Positions 1 through 15,106 of a stretch of DNA of 64,000 bases are shown here, piece by piece. Every line of letters starts with the position of its first letter. The first letter of the stretch is position 1. The notes below the pieces were generated by a model. It saw only the letters and a program-made list of their open reading frames with translations, was not told the DNA's origin and did not search any database. Location of the stretch: NCBI GenBank assembly GCA_964016885.1, contig OZ024740.1, positions 214,458,001 to 214,522,000 of the forward strand, written 5' to 3'. Origin of the DNA: Eledone cirrhosa (taxonomy: Eukaryota). Both the position numbers and the translations under genes were made by a program.

Positions 1-34
1 GCAGATGGACAGACAGACATGCAGAGAGTTTGAT

Positions 35-97
<63 letters not shown>

Positions 98-111
98 ATA
101 TTGATTGATTG

Positions 112-164
<53 letters not shown>

Positions 165-290
165 TATAGATAGATAGATAGATAGATGTACAGATAAAGA
201 TACACAGGGGGAGGAAGCTTAGAAAAATAAACGAACTCAAACCATAATGGAGAAACAAAGAAGAGAAGCCGACAGTGAGGCACACACACA

Positions 291-434
<144 letters not shown>

Positions 435-1215
435 TAGACAGATATTAAAACAGAGAGAAAGAGAGAGGGAGAGTGACCAAGTAAAACAAAGGGGTAAAGA
501 AAGAAATAGAAAGAGAGAGAAATAATTAAAAGAAAGAAAGAAAAAATAAATAAAAAAGAGAGAGAGAAGGAGAGAGAAGAGGATAGAGAGAATGGGAGGG
601 AGAGAGAGAGAAAAAGCGAAGGAGAGAGAAGGAAAAGGAGAGGGAACAGGAGATCTTAATGGCTATTTATATTGAACAGTTCATTGTCAGGAAATGAAGA
701 CAGTCAGTTTGTTTCAACAATTTTCCCAATGCCCCTAGGACATTTCTGAAATGAAACCCTCTCTTCTAAACAGGATTATATTCAATGGTTCATTAAATGT
801 TAATAAATTAAAGTGTCAGTGATTTCTACATGGTGACTTCTTGTTCCGGTTAATTTCCGAAATTGTATGGTTCCTTGGAAAGTTAAGATTACCTAAGGCA
901 TGAGGTCAAATGATTCGATGTAGTAATGAACACTCACATCACCATGTCTTCCATTTCTAGGTCAAGGTCAAAAGGAGGACAGAGTTAAAGGTCAGTTCTG
1001 ACTTTGTTCACTTCTCCTTACACACCAACTATCGTGATATAATGGAAGGATCATAACTAAACTGAAATAGAGGTGAACACGGAAACATATTTATATTCCA
1101 GAAATGTTAATTTCTATTTCTATATAATCTTTTATATAATTGTCTTCTGGTCAATATTGTATTTCGCTCTATATCTTAAATGAACTTAAAGTATATATAT
1201 GTATGTCGTAAATGA

Positions 1216-1297
<82 letters not shown>

Positions 1298-1299
<2 letters not shown>

Positions 1300-1457
1300 A
1301 ACAAGTAAGACCCGACGGCTGAGCTCGAATTAGCCGTCGAAACGGCTTGAGCTCAGCCGTCGGGGTGTTCCTTGTTCCTATTACCCACTCTACTACCCTA
1401 AGTATTGAGTACTTTGGTGCGTTATGGTCCACCTGGTTCCTTACCACATTTCCTTCG

Positions 1458-1459
<2 letters not shown>
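1298..1459. mobile_element. Short fold-back PLE pseudo-LTR-like insert (family A) carrying the 3' half of a hammerhead
   Basis: Flanked by (TA)n on both sides. A short inverted arm is followed by a + arm containing GAAA-CGGCT-tgagctc-AGCCG-TC-GGGG (HHR stem III plus GUC site). The same sequence recurs at 27571-27760 and 33607-33793. Confidence 0.7.
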
Positions 1460-2412
<953 letters not shown>

Positions 2413-2483
2413 AAAAAGAGATGAAATCGAAAATGCAACTGAAGTCTTATTTTTTTTAAAAATATATATATTTTTATTTGGTT

Positions 2484-2521
2484 CTTTTACCGGTTTCGCA
2501 GTTCTTCTGCTTTTCAAAAGG
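2484..2521 (-). ncRNA. Minimal type I hammerhead ribozyme, U3-A8 core variant
   Basis: Reverse strand reads CCTT-TTGAAAA-GCAG aagaa CTGC-GAAA-CCGG-TA-AAAG. Confidence 0.65.
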
Positions 2522-3549
2522 TGAGTTGAGATGGAGGGTCTGTGGTTTTTCTCACATATGGTTGGTCTCTGAATGTTACTTGTTTTATATGGAAAAAGTG
2601 GCTCGAAATTCCAGGTTTTTCGAGATTTGATTGGTTTGTCAATAATTATAATAAATTTCGTGCCAGTTCACGTTACAATAGTTCTTCAAATAAGAGAGGG
2701 GGGGGGGTTGTCACAGGTTGTTTTTTTCATATATGAGTGTTTGAATTTCTTTTTACTTGAAAATAGGAGGCTCACGAAGGCTTTTTTTTGGTTGGTTATA
2801 AATGAAATTTGGCTGTCACGTGAACAAGTTTTTATTACATTTTTGCGCCCTTATTTGGAAAACTATTCTGTAGTCTTTATAGTGAATGTTATGACAATGG
2901 AGAGATAGTGGTCAAGAGAAAAGGGATTGGGAGAAATGTTCTGGTTCAGTGAATATGGCCAGCTCGCCGGGGTGTCAGAGTTCAGATTTTCTATTGAGAC
3001 TGAAGATATGTATGTTTATTTGTGTGCTTGTGTGTATGTGTGTGTGTGTATGTGTGTATTGGAAGATGATTCTATTAGTAGAGATGGGGGAGGGAGTTGT
3101 GTGTGTGTGTATATGGGTGTTATGTGTGTGTGTGCGAGTATGTTAAGATAGAGAGAATATATATTTTTTGTGTGTGTGTATATATATATGTGTGTAGGAA
3201 AGTGGTTCTATTAGTAGAAATGGGGAGTGAGTTGTAGATGTGGGGGTTGTTATGTGTGTGTATGGGTGTTATGTGTGTGGGAGTATGGTTAGCATGTTAA
3301 GATGAAGAGAATATATATATATATATATATATATATTGTGTGTGTGTGTATGTGTGTGTGTAGGAAAGTGATTCCTTTAGTAGGAATATTTTTGAATGAA
3401 CATATTTTCCTTACTTTTTCGTGTTTGCTGTTGTATTGCCAGTGCAAACGTATGTTAAGGTTTATTTAGTTCGGGTTTTTATTTTCTAAAGTAGAAGGTG
3501 TTATGTGTGTGTGTGTGTATGTCATATTGTGGTGTTGACATAATGTATA

Positions 3550-5279
3550 TTAAACCTTATTTAATGTTGGTCTATATTTTTGAATAAACATATTTTCCTT
3601 ATTTATTCGCATTTGTTCTGTTGTATTGTTAGCGCAAAGGTAAAATGGGAAGACTTGGAATTTGGGTGTCTTATTACTTGCGCAAATGTCTAGATGTGCA
3701 CTTAGTGGTATCTGTCTCGTGGTTGGATCTCGTAATTGTTGGCGATGAACTGTCATTCTGTTTCTGAGTGTGAGTTTAGTTTGTCCTATATAATCTTCAT
3801 TGCATCCTTTACATTTAATGGCATAAATTAGATTTTTTGATGAGCAAGTGAAGTGATTTTTTACAGTAAAATTTTGTCCTGATTTAAATGTATACGTGTT
3901 GCCTTCAATGAGGTGAGTGCAGGTTCCACAATTAGAGCGACCACATTTTTTGATACTTGGTTGTGGGTTTGTGGTAGGTAATTTGGCATTGGTGAGTAAT
4001 GTTTTCAGTGATTTTGGTTGTCTTTTGCTTTTGATTATTTTGTGTGTTTCAAGGGCTTTTTTTCATTCTTGGGTTTTGTTTTAGTAGTGGGATGTTATTG
4101 TGAATAGTGTTGTAAGCTTCCGCATTTCTTGGGTTGTGTGTTGAGATATATGATAGAATATTGGACGTACCTTGAATTTGTTTCTGTTTCCGTAATTCAT
4201 CAATGCCTATTGCTTTAGCCCTTTCTATTCCATTATTTATTAGTAATAGTGGGTACTCTCTCTCAAGTAGAATTTCCTTTAATTCTTGAAGTCTTTTATT
4301 TCGCGTTTCATAATTGGAGACAATTGTGAAAATTCTTCTTGCTAGGTTAAAAGGAATGTTCGTCTTCGTGTGCTTTGGATGGTTAGAGGTGAATAGCAGA
4401 TATTGTTTGGAATCTGTTGGTTTGTAGTGTATGTCAGTTTCGATATTTGTGTCTTTTTTTGTGATTAAGATGTCCAGAAATGGGAGTTGATCTTGGCTGT
4501 ATTCCATTGTGAATTGGATGTGGTTATTGATGCCGTTTATTAAGTTTTTGAAATCCTTCAGTTGGTCGAGTGTGTGGGACCAAAGAATGAGGCAATCATC
4601 CAAGTAGCGTTTCCAATTCTCTGATAAATATTTGTGGAAGTTCAATCCGTATTTTGATTTGGACTGTTCATATATCTGGACTTCTAAGTATGCCATGACT
4701 AAGTTGGCATAAGTTGGAGCGGCTTTTGTGCCCATCGCAGTCCCCGATATTTGCTTGTAAGTATTGCCATCGAAATCAAAACAGTTGTTCTGTAGGATGA
4801 ATTTTAATCCCTCGGTGATGAAGCTTTTTTCTATTCTGTCAGGTATCTCATTGGGATATTTCTCTAGCCAGAATCCTATTGCTTCTAGTCCGTATTGGTG
4901 TGGGATCGTTGTGTAGAGATTCACTACATCGAAAGACACAATAATAGTGTCGTTGTTGACATGTTTGGGGAGGTGGTTTAAGAGGTCCAGATCGTCTCTT
5001 ACAAGGCTTGGTATGTGTTTCAGTATTGGTTTCAGTAGTATGTCTATAAAGTTGCTCAATCTGTGTGTTTCACATTGTGGGCCCGCTACAATTGGTCTTA
5101 ATTTAAGGTCTGTGGGGTATTGTGTGTTCACGCAGGCTGAGGTGGTTTGTTTACAGGCATCGTTGATTATTTTACATTTGTGGATCTTCGGAAGTCCGTA
5201 AAGGTTGCTGGTTTTGTATTCAAAATTTGTTAAATAATCGCATTCCTTTTTAGTTAGGTCTTCCTGGTATCGATAAATC
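3550..5279 (-). pseudogene. PLE reverse transcriptase plus GIY-YIG endonuclease ORF (5'-truncated, one frameshift near 4060)
   Basis: Motifs LYGLPKIHK, RPIV, SFDVVNLYT, GTAMG..APTYANL, WKRYLDD, LPFLDI, linker KCGRSNCGTC and LIYAIKCKGCNEDYIGQT. Ends RPTLNKV-stop at 3550. The frameshift lies in a T homopolymer. Confidence 0.93.
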
Positions 5280-6137
5280 AGTGTTTAATTTGGTCATTAT
5301 TTTTGATTGCACACAATATATATATATATATATATATTCTCTTCATCTTAACATGCTAACCATACTCCCACACACATAACACCCATACACACACATAACA
5401 ACTCCCACACCTACAACTCCCTCCCCATTTCTACTAATAGAACCACTTTCCTACACACATATATATATACACACACACAAAAAATATATATTCCCTCCAT
5501 CTTAACATACTCGCACACACACACATAACACCCATATACACACACACACAACTCCCTCCCCCATCTCTACTAATAGAATCATCTTCCAATACACACATAC
5601 ACACACACACACACATACACACACACAAGCACACAAATAAACATACATATCTTCAGTCTCAATAGAAAATCTGAACTCTGACACCCCGGCGAGCTGGCCA
5701 TATTCACTGAACCAGAACATTTCTCCCAATCCCTTTTCTCTTGACCACTATCTCTCCATTGTCATAACATTCACTATAAAGACTACAGAATAGTTTTCCA
5801 AATAAGGGCGCAAAAATGTAATAAAAACTTGTTCACGTGACAGCCAAATTTCATTTATAACCAACCAAAAAAAAGCCTTCGTGAGCCTCCTTTTTTCAAG
5901 TAAAAAGAAATTCAAACACTCATATATGAAAAAAAACAACCTGTGACAACCCCCCCTCTCTTATTTAAAGAACTATTGTAACGCGAACTGGCGCGAAATT
6001 TATTATAATTATTGACAAACCAATCAAATTACTTCTCGAAAAACCTGGAATTTCGAGCCACTTTTTCCATATAAAACAAGTAACATTCAGAGACCAACCA
6101 GATGTGAGAAAAACCACAGACCCTCCATCTCAACTCA

Positions 6138-6175
6138 CCTTTTGAAAAGCAGAAGAACTGCGAAACCGGTAAAGG
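6138..6175 (+). ncRNA. Minimal type I hammerhead ribozyme, U3-A8 core variant
   Basis: CCTT-TTGAAAA-GCAG aagaa CTGC-GAAA-CCGG-TA-AAGG. Stems I and II are perfect, stem III is palindromic, site is GUA. Confidence 0.75.
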
Positions 6176-6314
6176 AACCAAATAAAAATATATATATTTT
6201 TAAAAAAAATAAGACTTCAGTTGCATTTTCGATTTCATCTCTTTTTCTTTATACTTTCACTCGTGTAGGACACCTCGGTTATCTTTCATTTTGTAAAAAA
6301 AACCTCACTTTCTA

Positions 6315-6369
<55 letters not shown>

Positions 6370-6405
<36 letters not shown>

Positions 6406-6750
6406 TGTAGACATATAATTAACGTATATAAATATACACACATAAATACATATATAAGGCTCGCACACACATACCTATATGTAAATACACATATGTTCGC
6501 TAAACGTACGTCAACCAAAGTACACATATACACACACGCTACATACGTGCGAACCCGCATACTGACACAGACGCAAAACTCACGTATACACATAACCATA
6601 TGCACATGTACCAGTATATATAATATAATATATACACCTATAACATATACAAGCAAATATACGTACGAGAAAGTATACGTACCCTCACAAAACATACAGG
6701 TAATATATACTTACCTATATATATTATAAGTATTTATGTGTATATATAAA
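6370..6750 (-). mobile_element. Right part of PLE family B 3' UTR, split by the nested Neptune element
   Basis: Matches 14220-14555 (e.g. cacaaaacatacaggtaatatatacttacctat) and is collinear with 1506-2275. Confidence 0.7.
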
Positions 6751-6813
6751 CATATCTCCCGTGCTATTTCCAACTTCATCTTTTCTCTCTCTCTCTCTCT
6801 CCCTCCCCCCTCT

Positions 6814-6884
<71 letters not shown>

Positions 6885-7034
6885 ATAGAGAGAGAGAGGG
6901 AGAGAGAGAGAGAGAAAAGACATATATATATAATATATATATATATTAAATGAACGTAAAGTATATATGTATATATCTTAAATGAATTTAAAGTATATAT
7001 ATATGTTTTAAATGAACCTACAGTATATAAAATT

Positions 7035-7657
7035 AAGTATGTGTGTGTGTCTGTGTGTCTGTGTATTACCTATAGAAGCCTACATCTTACGACCGATTTT
7101 CATGAAACTTTACAGGCTCATAGATTAGTCATCGGGGAGTGTTTTCTATATATCAGCGTATCGTTTTTTTTTTATTCCGGGGTCATTCTGCAGATAAAAA
7201 TTGATAGAGGAGGTCACCTTTTTTTATGTATCGAAAAATAAGATTTTTGGCTCTAGCTCCCACATTTTGCCACCGATTTCGTTCAAATTGTAAAGCAAAA
7301 TAGAATTTATCATTGAACATCCTGTAATGGCTTTATATTTTGCATTTGTTGTTCAAGTACGGCGTGACAGCCGCTTAAATATTCGAAAATACCACATTTT
7401 CGCTCAAATTTCCGCCTTTTCGGCTCTAGCTCCCACATTTTTCAACCGATTTCGTTCAAATTTGAAACTCCCTCCACCAGCATGCCCCTTCGTCGGTCAC
7501 CCGCGTTTCTCAGTGATAGAGGTCATCACCACCCTCCCCCGCATGGCCTGTATGTGACCATAGATGAGTCATCGAGGAGCAGTCGCTAAGATCAACACCT
7601 TTTCATCAAAGCAGATATTATTTTACCTACCCAGGCAACGCTGGGTACTGCTGTTAG
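7035..7657 (+). mobile_element. Non-autonomous Helitron-like element
   Basis: 3' hairpin TACCCAGG-caac-GCTGGGTA followed 6 nt later by TTAG|T (degenerate CTAG). 5' (GT)/(GTCT) microsatellite and repeated accgattt..aaa motifs typical of such elements. Confidence 0.6.
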
Positions 7658-8599
7658 TATATATATATATAATTAACTTAAATGAATTTAAAGTATATAT
7701 GAATTCACAAGACGTGTATACGTATAGCTGAATATTAACTCTTTCCTGCAACATTTTTCTTCAAAATAATGGTGCGCATTATATTCTGAAAAATATTGTA
7801 AGATGCCTTGGTAAGAGTTCCACTTCAATCAATTTCTTACTTCGATTTCCAGCAGATTATATTACCGTCGAAGTCATTTATCCCTCTTTTAATCAGAAAC
7901 GTGTCTTGAAAATCACCTTTCTGTCTCTATTATAAATATTTATTGAGATCGTAAACCAGTTGAATATAATTGAAAATGCTTTATTTCCATTACATCAAAA
8001 CCAAAAAAGGTCGAGACATCCCTACAGTTTCTGGTCTGGGAAAAATACGATAAAAAGATAATTTATGGATATCAATTATGTATGATAGATAGTAAAACTG
8101 GCTGAATTATTATATGCAGTAGAGAATTTAACTGGACAACATATACGTATACATTAGAAAAGGTCGACTATTCCAAGTTGATGGAGGATATTTGTCCTAC
8201 AGTCATCCCTTGCAGAAAAGGTCATATCAATCGTTCCTATGCCAGATCTAAATCCACTTTGCGATTCAGGGATGACTGTAAAAACCACCTAAGAAGCCAT
8301 GAACAGACGTTTGGAGTTGGTAACGGTTGATAGGGGTGCACGGGGAGACAGCAATCATCTGCAAAGAAGAAGCAATCTCCATGTATGTATGTATGTATGT
8401 ATGTATGTATGTATGTATGTATGTATGTATGTATGTATGTATCTCAGTTTAGATATCTACAGGCGAAACCCTGCTGATAACTATAGTAGCAGACATAGAA
8501 TATGTCCTATGCTGGTTGATGTTTGAAACCTTAGGTAGCAGGCATTTCTATTGAGATCTTAATCATATAATATATTTTGACTCTGTACATTAAATACAA

Positions 8600-8750
8600 C
8601 GTCTTTTTCCCATGATCTCTTCAGTCTCGTTTGGGGATCCAGCTGGATCAATTGAAGATGCTTGTTTCTGACAAGACCCGCTGGAAGGAGTGTTTGAGGA
8701 CTCTGCCTCAAGACCCCCCCCCGTAATAAGTGGGAGAAGATGAAGAAGTG
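8600..8750 (+). mobile_element. LINE (RTE-like) 3' end fragment
   Basis: Shares ggaagga.tgtttgaggactctgcc with the reverse strand of 16190-16230. Confidence 0.4.
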
Positions 8751-9907
8751 TATGAGTGTATGTTTGTATATATGTATGTATGTATGCACGTGTATGTATG
8801 TATGTATATATGTATGTATGTGTGTGTATGTATGTGTGTGTTTTTGCACACATGGAAATGCATGTTAATTTGCAAGTAGATTACCTTTTGGTAGTTTCTG
8901 TAATTTTACATATTCGCATCCACACATACGTATGCAGACGTATGCGTACAGGTGTATATAATGTATATATGTTAATTCATTTTCACATTTTCTCATGAAT
9001 ATGTATAAAGCACACGTTCACATTCCCATCGCATTTGATTATATAACACTATCGGACATAGCGCAGCAAAGAAACTGTCTTCTTACGGAGCGAAGAGTGA
9101 TGATGAACGCTGAGTGTTTCTTAAATTAAATTGTTTTATGGCTGTTGCTTTCAATGACACAGTCTGTCACAGGCAGACGACCACAGCAAATGAAATCACC
9201 ACACAAGAATTATTTAGATTTTCCTCACATTTTTTTTCCTGAAAAAGAAAAAAAACAAAAAGAACTGTTATATTTTTACGACCAACTTATATTAAAAACA
9301 ATCTGTCGTTAGGTACAAAACCCATTCACAGACGAGCAAACCGATAAAAAATAAATGACACAAAAACTATAAAAATCTATGATAGCAGGGAAGTTAACTT
9401 TTTCTTGAATTAAATGTTTGTATATTTATCCACATATTTATTATATTCGTTAGTTTTCTCTTCTGTTTATCAGCTTATCAGCTAGTTCGCACATAACTAA
9501 GCCTTTATTATCGTTCGAAATGCTTCAATTCAAAATGGCGGACAATGAAACATTATCACTTTAACTTGTTTCTCTTTCTGAGTTTCGTTTCTTTTTTATC
9601 GCTGAAACTCGACATTAGTGGCAGGGAAAGAAACAATAAGATTCGGTGTATTTTGTCACGACAGTTTTACTGAGTGTTAAACGAACGGACTTTAAATCTG
9701 ACAGAGTGGATGTCGATAGGAACAAAAAAAAAAAAGCGTAAAATGATTTGCAATTATAATGATTAACAAAAATAGACACATTACTGTGACTGAAACTAGT
9801 AAAAGAATAAAACAGCACACACACATGTATATATATACATATGATTATTTGTGACTGATATTCAGGAAATCTCAATGAAAGATAGCTAAAATTATCAAGA
9901 AAATAAT

Positions 9908-10130
9908 ATATACATATGAAGAATAACTTTTACAAAGTTAGCTATGGGTACATTCCTAGTAAAGTAACCTAAAATAAGCCTGCGTCACCGTTACATCTAC
10001 TAAAGGATTAATTAGCAGTAACACTAATAGAGCGTGATTCATAATGGAGGTGTAACAGGGTTATTTTAAGTTACATTACTAGGAATCTACCCGAAGCTAA
10101 CTTTGTAAAAGTTATCCTATAAGTATATAC
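9908..10130. repeat. Degenerate fold-back / MITE-like inverted repeat with arms of about 70-80 bp
   Basis: ataacttttacaaagttagct...cctagtaaagtaacctaaaataa versus ttattttaagttacattactagga...agctaactttgtaaaagttat. Confidence 0.7.
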
Positions 10131-10199
10131 ATACATGTTGTTGTTCGATTCCTGGAGCGGGTGATGTGATATGTCCTTGAGCAAGACACATTATTTCAC

Positions 10200-10383
10200 A
10201 GATTGGCAGTATCGGTAGAGAGTCGGACGCCATGCTTTCCAGCATAGTTACGTCCCTTTACGGTCTGAGTTCAAATCCCGCCGAGGTTAACTTTGCCTTT
10301 CATCCTTACGGGGTCGATAAAATAAAGTACCAGTAATGTACTGGTTAATTGATGGCCTTGCGCCAAAAGTAGAAACAATTATT
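10200..10383 (+). mobile_element. SINE (abundant family, probably tRNA-derived)
   Basis: A-box-like tggcagtatcgg, B-box-like gagttcaaatccc, conserved core gcctttcatccttacggggtcgataaaataaagtaccag and (att)n tail. More than 12 copies in the window. Confidence 0.85.
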
Positions 10384-10602
10384 TCACATTGCTCCTTCTG
10401 CTTAGATTTTCACAGCACAAAATGCTGTCTTTTACTCAATGAAACTGCAGTAGGGTTGCTATGAGTAAATAGGTGAATATCTCTTTATCTTATTTACGTT
10501 TTCCAAATAATATTTGTATTATGGTCTGAATAATTGATTCTTATAAATTCCTTCATCGATTAAAATGGGTATCTGTCGGATTCTCTCATATGTATGTCAA
10601 TA

Positions 10603-10649
<47 letters not shown>

Positions 10650-10669
10650 ATATATATATATATATATAA

Positions 10670-10760
<91 letters not shown>

Positions 10761-10786
10761 TATACATATATATATATCCATATATA

Positions 10787-11445
<659 letters not shown>

Positions 11446-11448
11446 TAT

Positions 11449-11521
11449 ATTAAAATAACAGATTAAAGTTTAAGCAAAGAATCGCTAGCTGCTTTCACCC
11501 TTAACGTGATCTTCTGAAACT
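11449..11521 (-). mobile_element. Short family B pseudo-LTR fragment containing the HHR-like motif (11468-11520)
   Basis: Reverse strand reads GTTT-CAGAAGA-TCACgttaaGGGT-GAAA-GCA...TGC-TT-AAAC. Confidence 0.7.
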
Positions 11522-11536
11522 ATGTGTAGGTGTTTC

Positions 11537-11576
<40 letters not shown>

Positions 11577-11809
11577 GAAACACCTACACACTCACACAGA
11601 GATACGTTCATATACATACACAAAAAACATATATGTATACATACATGTGCATGCTTACATACACATAGACATATAGAAGTACAGCTGGTTACTATATATA
11701 ATATGTAAATTATATATATATATATATATATAACATGATGATGATCATATTTATAATTGCGTATCAGAAGATACATACACACATACATGTATATATATAT
11801 ATATATACA

Positions 11810-11857
<48 letters not shown>

Positions 11858-11859
<2 letters not shown>

Positions 11860-12540
11860 AGTATGTATACGTACATAAACATATGTATACAGACGTACAG
11901 TAGTATGTATATACATACATACATGCACATATATATATATATGTACGTATGGGTTTACCGAACATTTATTATAATGTTCGGTTTGTTTGTAAACAAACAG
12001 CCCGAATTATTAAGCGTACAGTGTTGTGCAACTATTGTTGCCCTTTTGTTCAACACTGACTTATATTCAAGTATCAGCCGTACTAAGAGTGAGAAATGAA
12101 ATTTCACTTTTTCCATTTATCGTTTTCGGTACACCCGGCCGACTAACTCACTCGATATGCAAATTAGACAGCTCTGCCGTTAATATACATAAGGAAGGTA
12201 TATACTTTCAAAAGTTCAATCAACTGACAGGAAGGTATACGGTGCTGATGACAGCTAATAAGCTAGAAACTAGTTCATCGTTTTTTTATCAGTGTTGAAC
12301 AAAAGGGCAACGATGGTTGCCGAACACTGTACGGCTAATAATTCGGGCTGTTTGTTTACAAACAATCTGAGCATTATAATAAATGTTCGGTAAACCCATA
12401 CCTACATATATATATATGTGCATGTATGTATGTATATACATACTACTGTATGTCTGTATACATATATGTATGTACGTATACATACTTATATTTAAGTATC
12501 AGCCGTACTAAGAGTCAGAAATTAAATTTCATTTTTTCCA
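11858..12540. mobile_element. Older retrozyme-like insertion (monomer about 425 bp) with inverted 5' arm
   Basis: Diverged homolog of the 474-bp monomer. Inverted arm 11858-12060, sense arm 12061-12540. gtatcagccg recurs at 12071 and 12496. Confidence 0.8.
12240..12280 (+). ncRNA. Minimal type I hammerhead ribozyme
   Basis: CGGTG-CTGATGA-C AGCT aata AGCT A-GAAA-CTAG-TT-CATCG. Confidence 0.75.
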
Positions 12541-12558
12541 TATATATATATATATATA

Positions 12559-13291
<733 letters not shown>

Positions 13292-13654
13292 ATAATAATA
13301 AATTTCAAGACTAAAATCCAAAGAGGGCTCGATAAGGATAAATATATATCAAATATATAAGAACCGTAGAGCAAATATTTATTAAAATAACAGATTAAAG
13401 TTTAAGCAAAGAATCGTTTCTTTTACCCTTTGCGGGATCTTCTGAAACTAACAAAGTCAATCTGTGAACGCAGAAGTGGATATTTCAAAAAACGTTGCAA
13501 CCGGAGGAAGACAGGAAGACGATACTTTGGTTCGTGGAAACGTTCCCTGGCAAATATATATATATTAATAATAATAATAATAATAATAGTAATAATAATA
13601 AAATTGAAGACTAAAATCCAAAGAGGGCTCGATAAGGATATATAACAGATTAAA

Positions 13655-13703
13655 GTTTAAGCAAAGAATCGCTGCTTTCACCCTTAACGGGATCTTCTGA
13701 AAC
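13655..13703 (-). ncRNA. Hammerhead-like motif with CAGAAGA core
   Basis: Reverse strand reads GTTT-CAGAAGA-T CCC gttaa GGG T-GAAA-GCA gcgattctt TGC-TT-AAAC. Confidence 0.6.
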
Positions 13704-14630
13704 TAACAAAGTCAATCTGTAAACGCAGAACTGAATATTTCAAAAAACGTTGCAGCCGGAGGAAGACAGGAATACGATACTTTGGTTCGTGGAAACGTTC
13801 GCTGGCAAAGAACGGGAAAAAACGAATATAATACGTCATTAAAAGGAGCGGTGAAAAACAATTACGCGCAAAGACAAAACCACGTTTAGGTATAAAAGAG
13901 GTCGTAGACTAATGTTCTCTTAGGTGGTGCATAGAGACGTTCTCTGGCAATGAACGAAAAAACGAAGATAATAAGTCATATGTGGAGCGTGGATAACAAT
14001 AGCACGCAAAGACAAAACCACATAAATGGTATAGCAGAAGTCGTAGACTAAAATTCTAACTAGGAGACCAAATGAATCTCCGCTACAGAGTTAAGAACAA
14101 AGTAAATAAATACAATACAGAAGTAATAGAAATAAATAAATACATACACGCAAACAAATACGTACATACACAAGCATACGCAACACCTTACCATAGATAT
14201 ACAATCACGCACATATAAATATGTGTGTGTGTGTATGCTTGTGTACAAATAAATAAATAATTATATAAACGTATATAAGTAGATAAATACGTATATAACA
14301 AGCGCACACACATACCTACATATAAATATACAAATGTTCGGAGACGTTAGTCAACTAAAACAAGAAGTACACATATACACACACCCACCATACGTACGAA
14401 CCTGCATACACACGCAGACGCAAAACTCCCATATACACATAGCTAAACCCTAAATACCAGAATATATAAAAATTATACGCCAAAACAATCAAATATACGT
14501 ACGAGAAGGTATACAACCTTCACAAAACATACAGGTAATATATACTTACCTATGCAAATAAGTAAAGGAATAAACAACACATATACTTAGCTCCCACATC
14601 AGGACGTAAAATATCCACGTATAGATCGTA

Positions 14631-14888
14631 CTATCCGTTAGGGTATAACGTGGGGCTGTAATACAGGAAAGTTTTGTGCAATTTATGTTTACAAGCCGAA
14701 ATTGCCTCAGATTTTTTGTTTAAGATGTGGTCTGTGGCGTAGAGTATTTCCAGGGCCTCAGCGGCGCAGAGGTCACATGGTCTTTTATTTCCGTTATACG
14801 ATCTAGCCCTAGCTAGGATCTCCCAGTGTAACTTATATTGGGTGTGGTTGTCTTTTAGACTCCAGATATAAGCTGAAAGTGATGTCAT
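14631..14888 (-). pseudogene. C-terminal part of a PLE GIY-YIG endonuclease domain
   Basis: TSLSAYIWSLK..Y.L.W.IL....SY.....CDLC..E..I......LNKKSE..S.CKH, a pattern recognised from PLE endonuclease C-termini. Confidence 0.75.
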
Positions 14889-14914
14889 ATTCCTTCTTAG
14901 AGGGTAACGAAAAA

Positions 14915-15042
<128 letters not shown>

Positions 15043-15060
15043 GAAGGTTTACACACATTT

Positions 15061-15106
<46 letters not shown>

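Noticed and set aside
3550-5279. Naiad/Chlamys-type PLE or selenoprotein recoding
   Set aside because: The endonuclease is C-terminal, with a Cys-rich linker and HHRs (Neptune-like), and no in-frame TGA pattern was seen.
9533-9542. YY1-like aaaatggcgg motifs (also ~15266, ~36435, ~56725-56780) as promoters
   Set aside because: Short motifs with no associated gene or exon evidence.
10200-10383. tRNA genes
   Set aside because: The A/B-box-like heads belong to the SINE family; no cloverleaf is evident.
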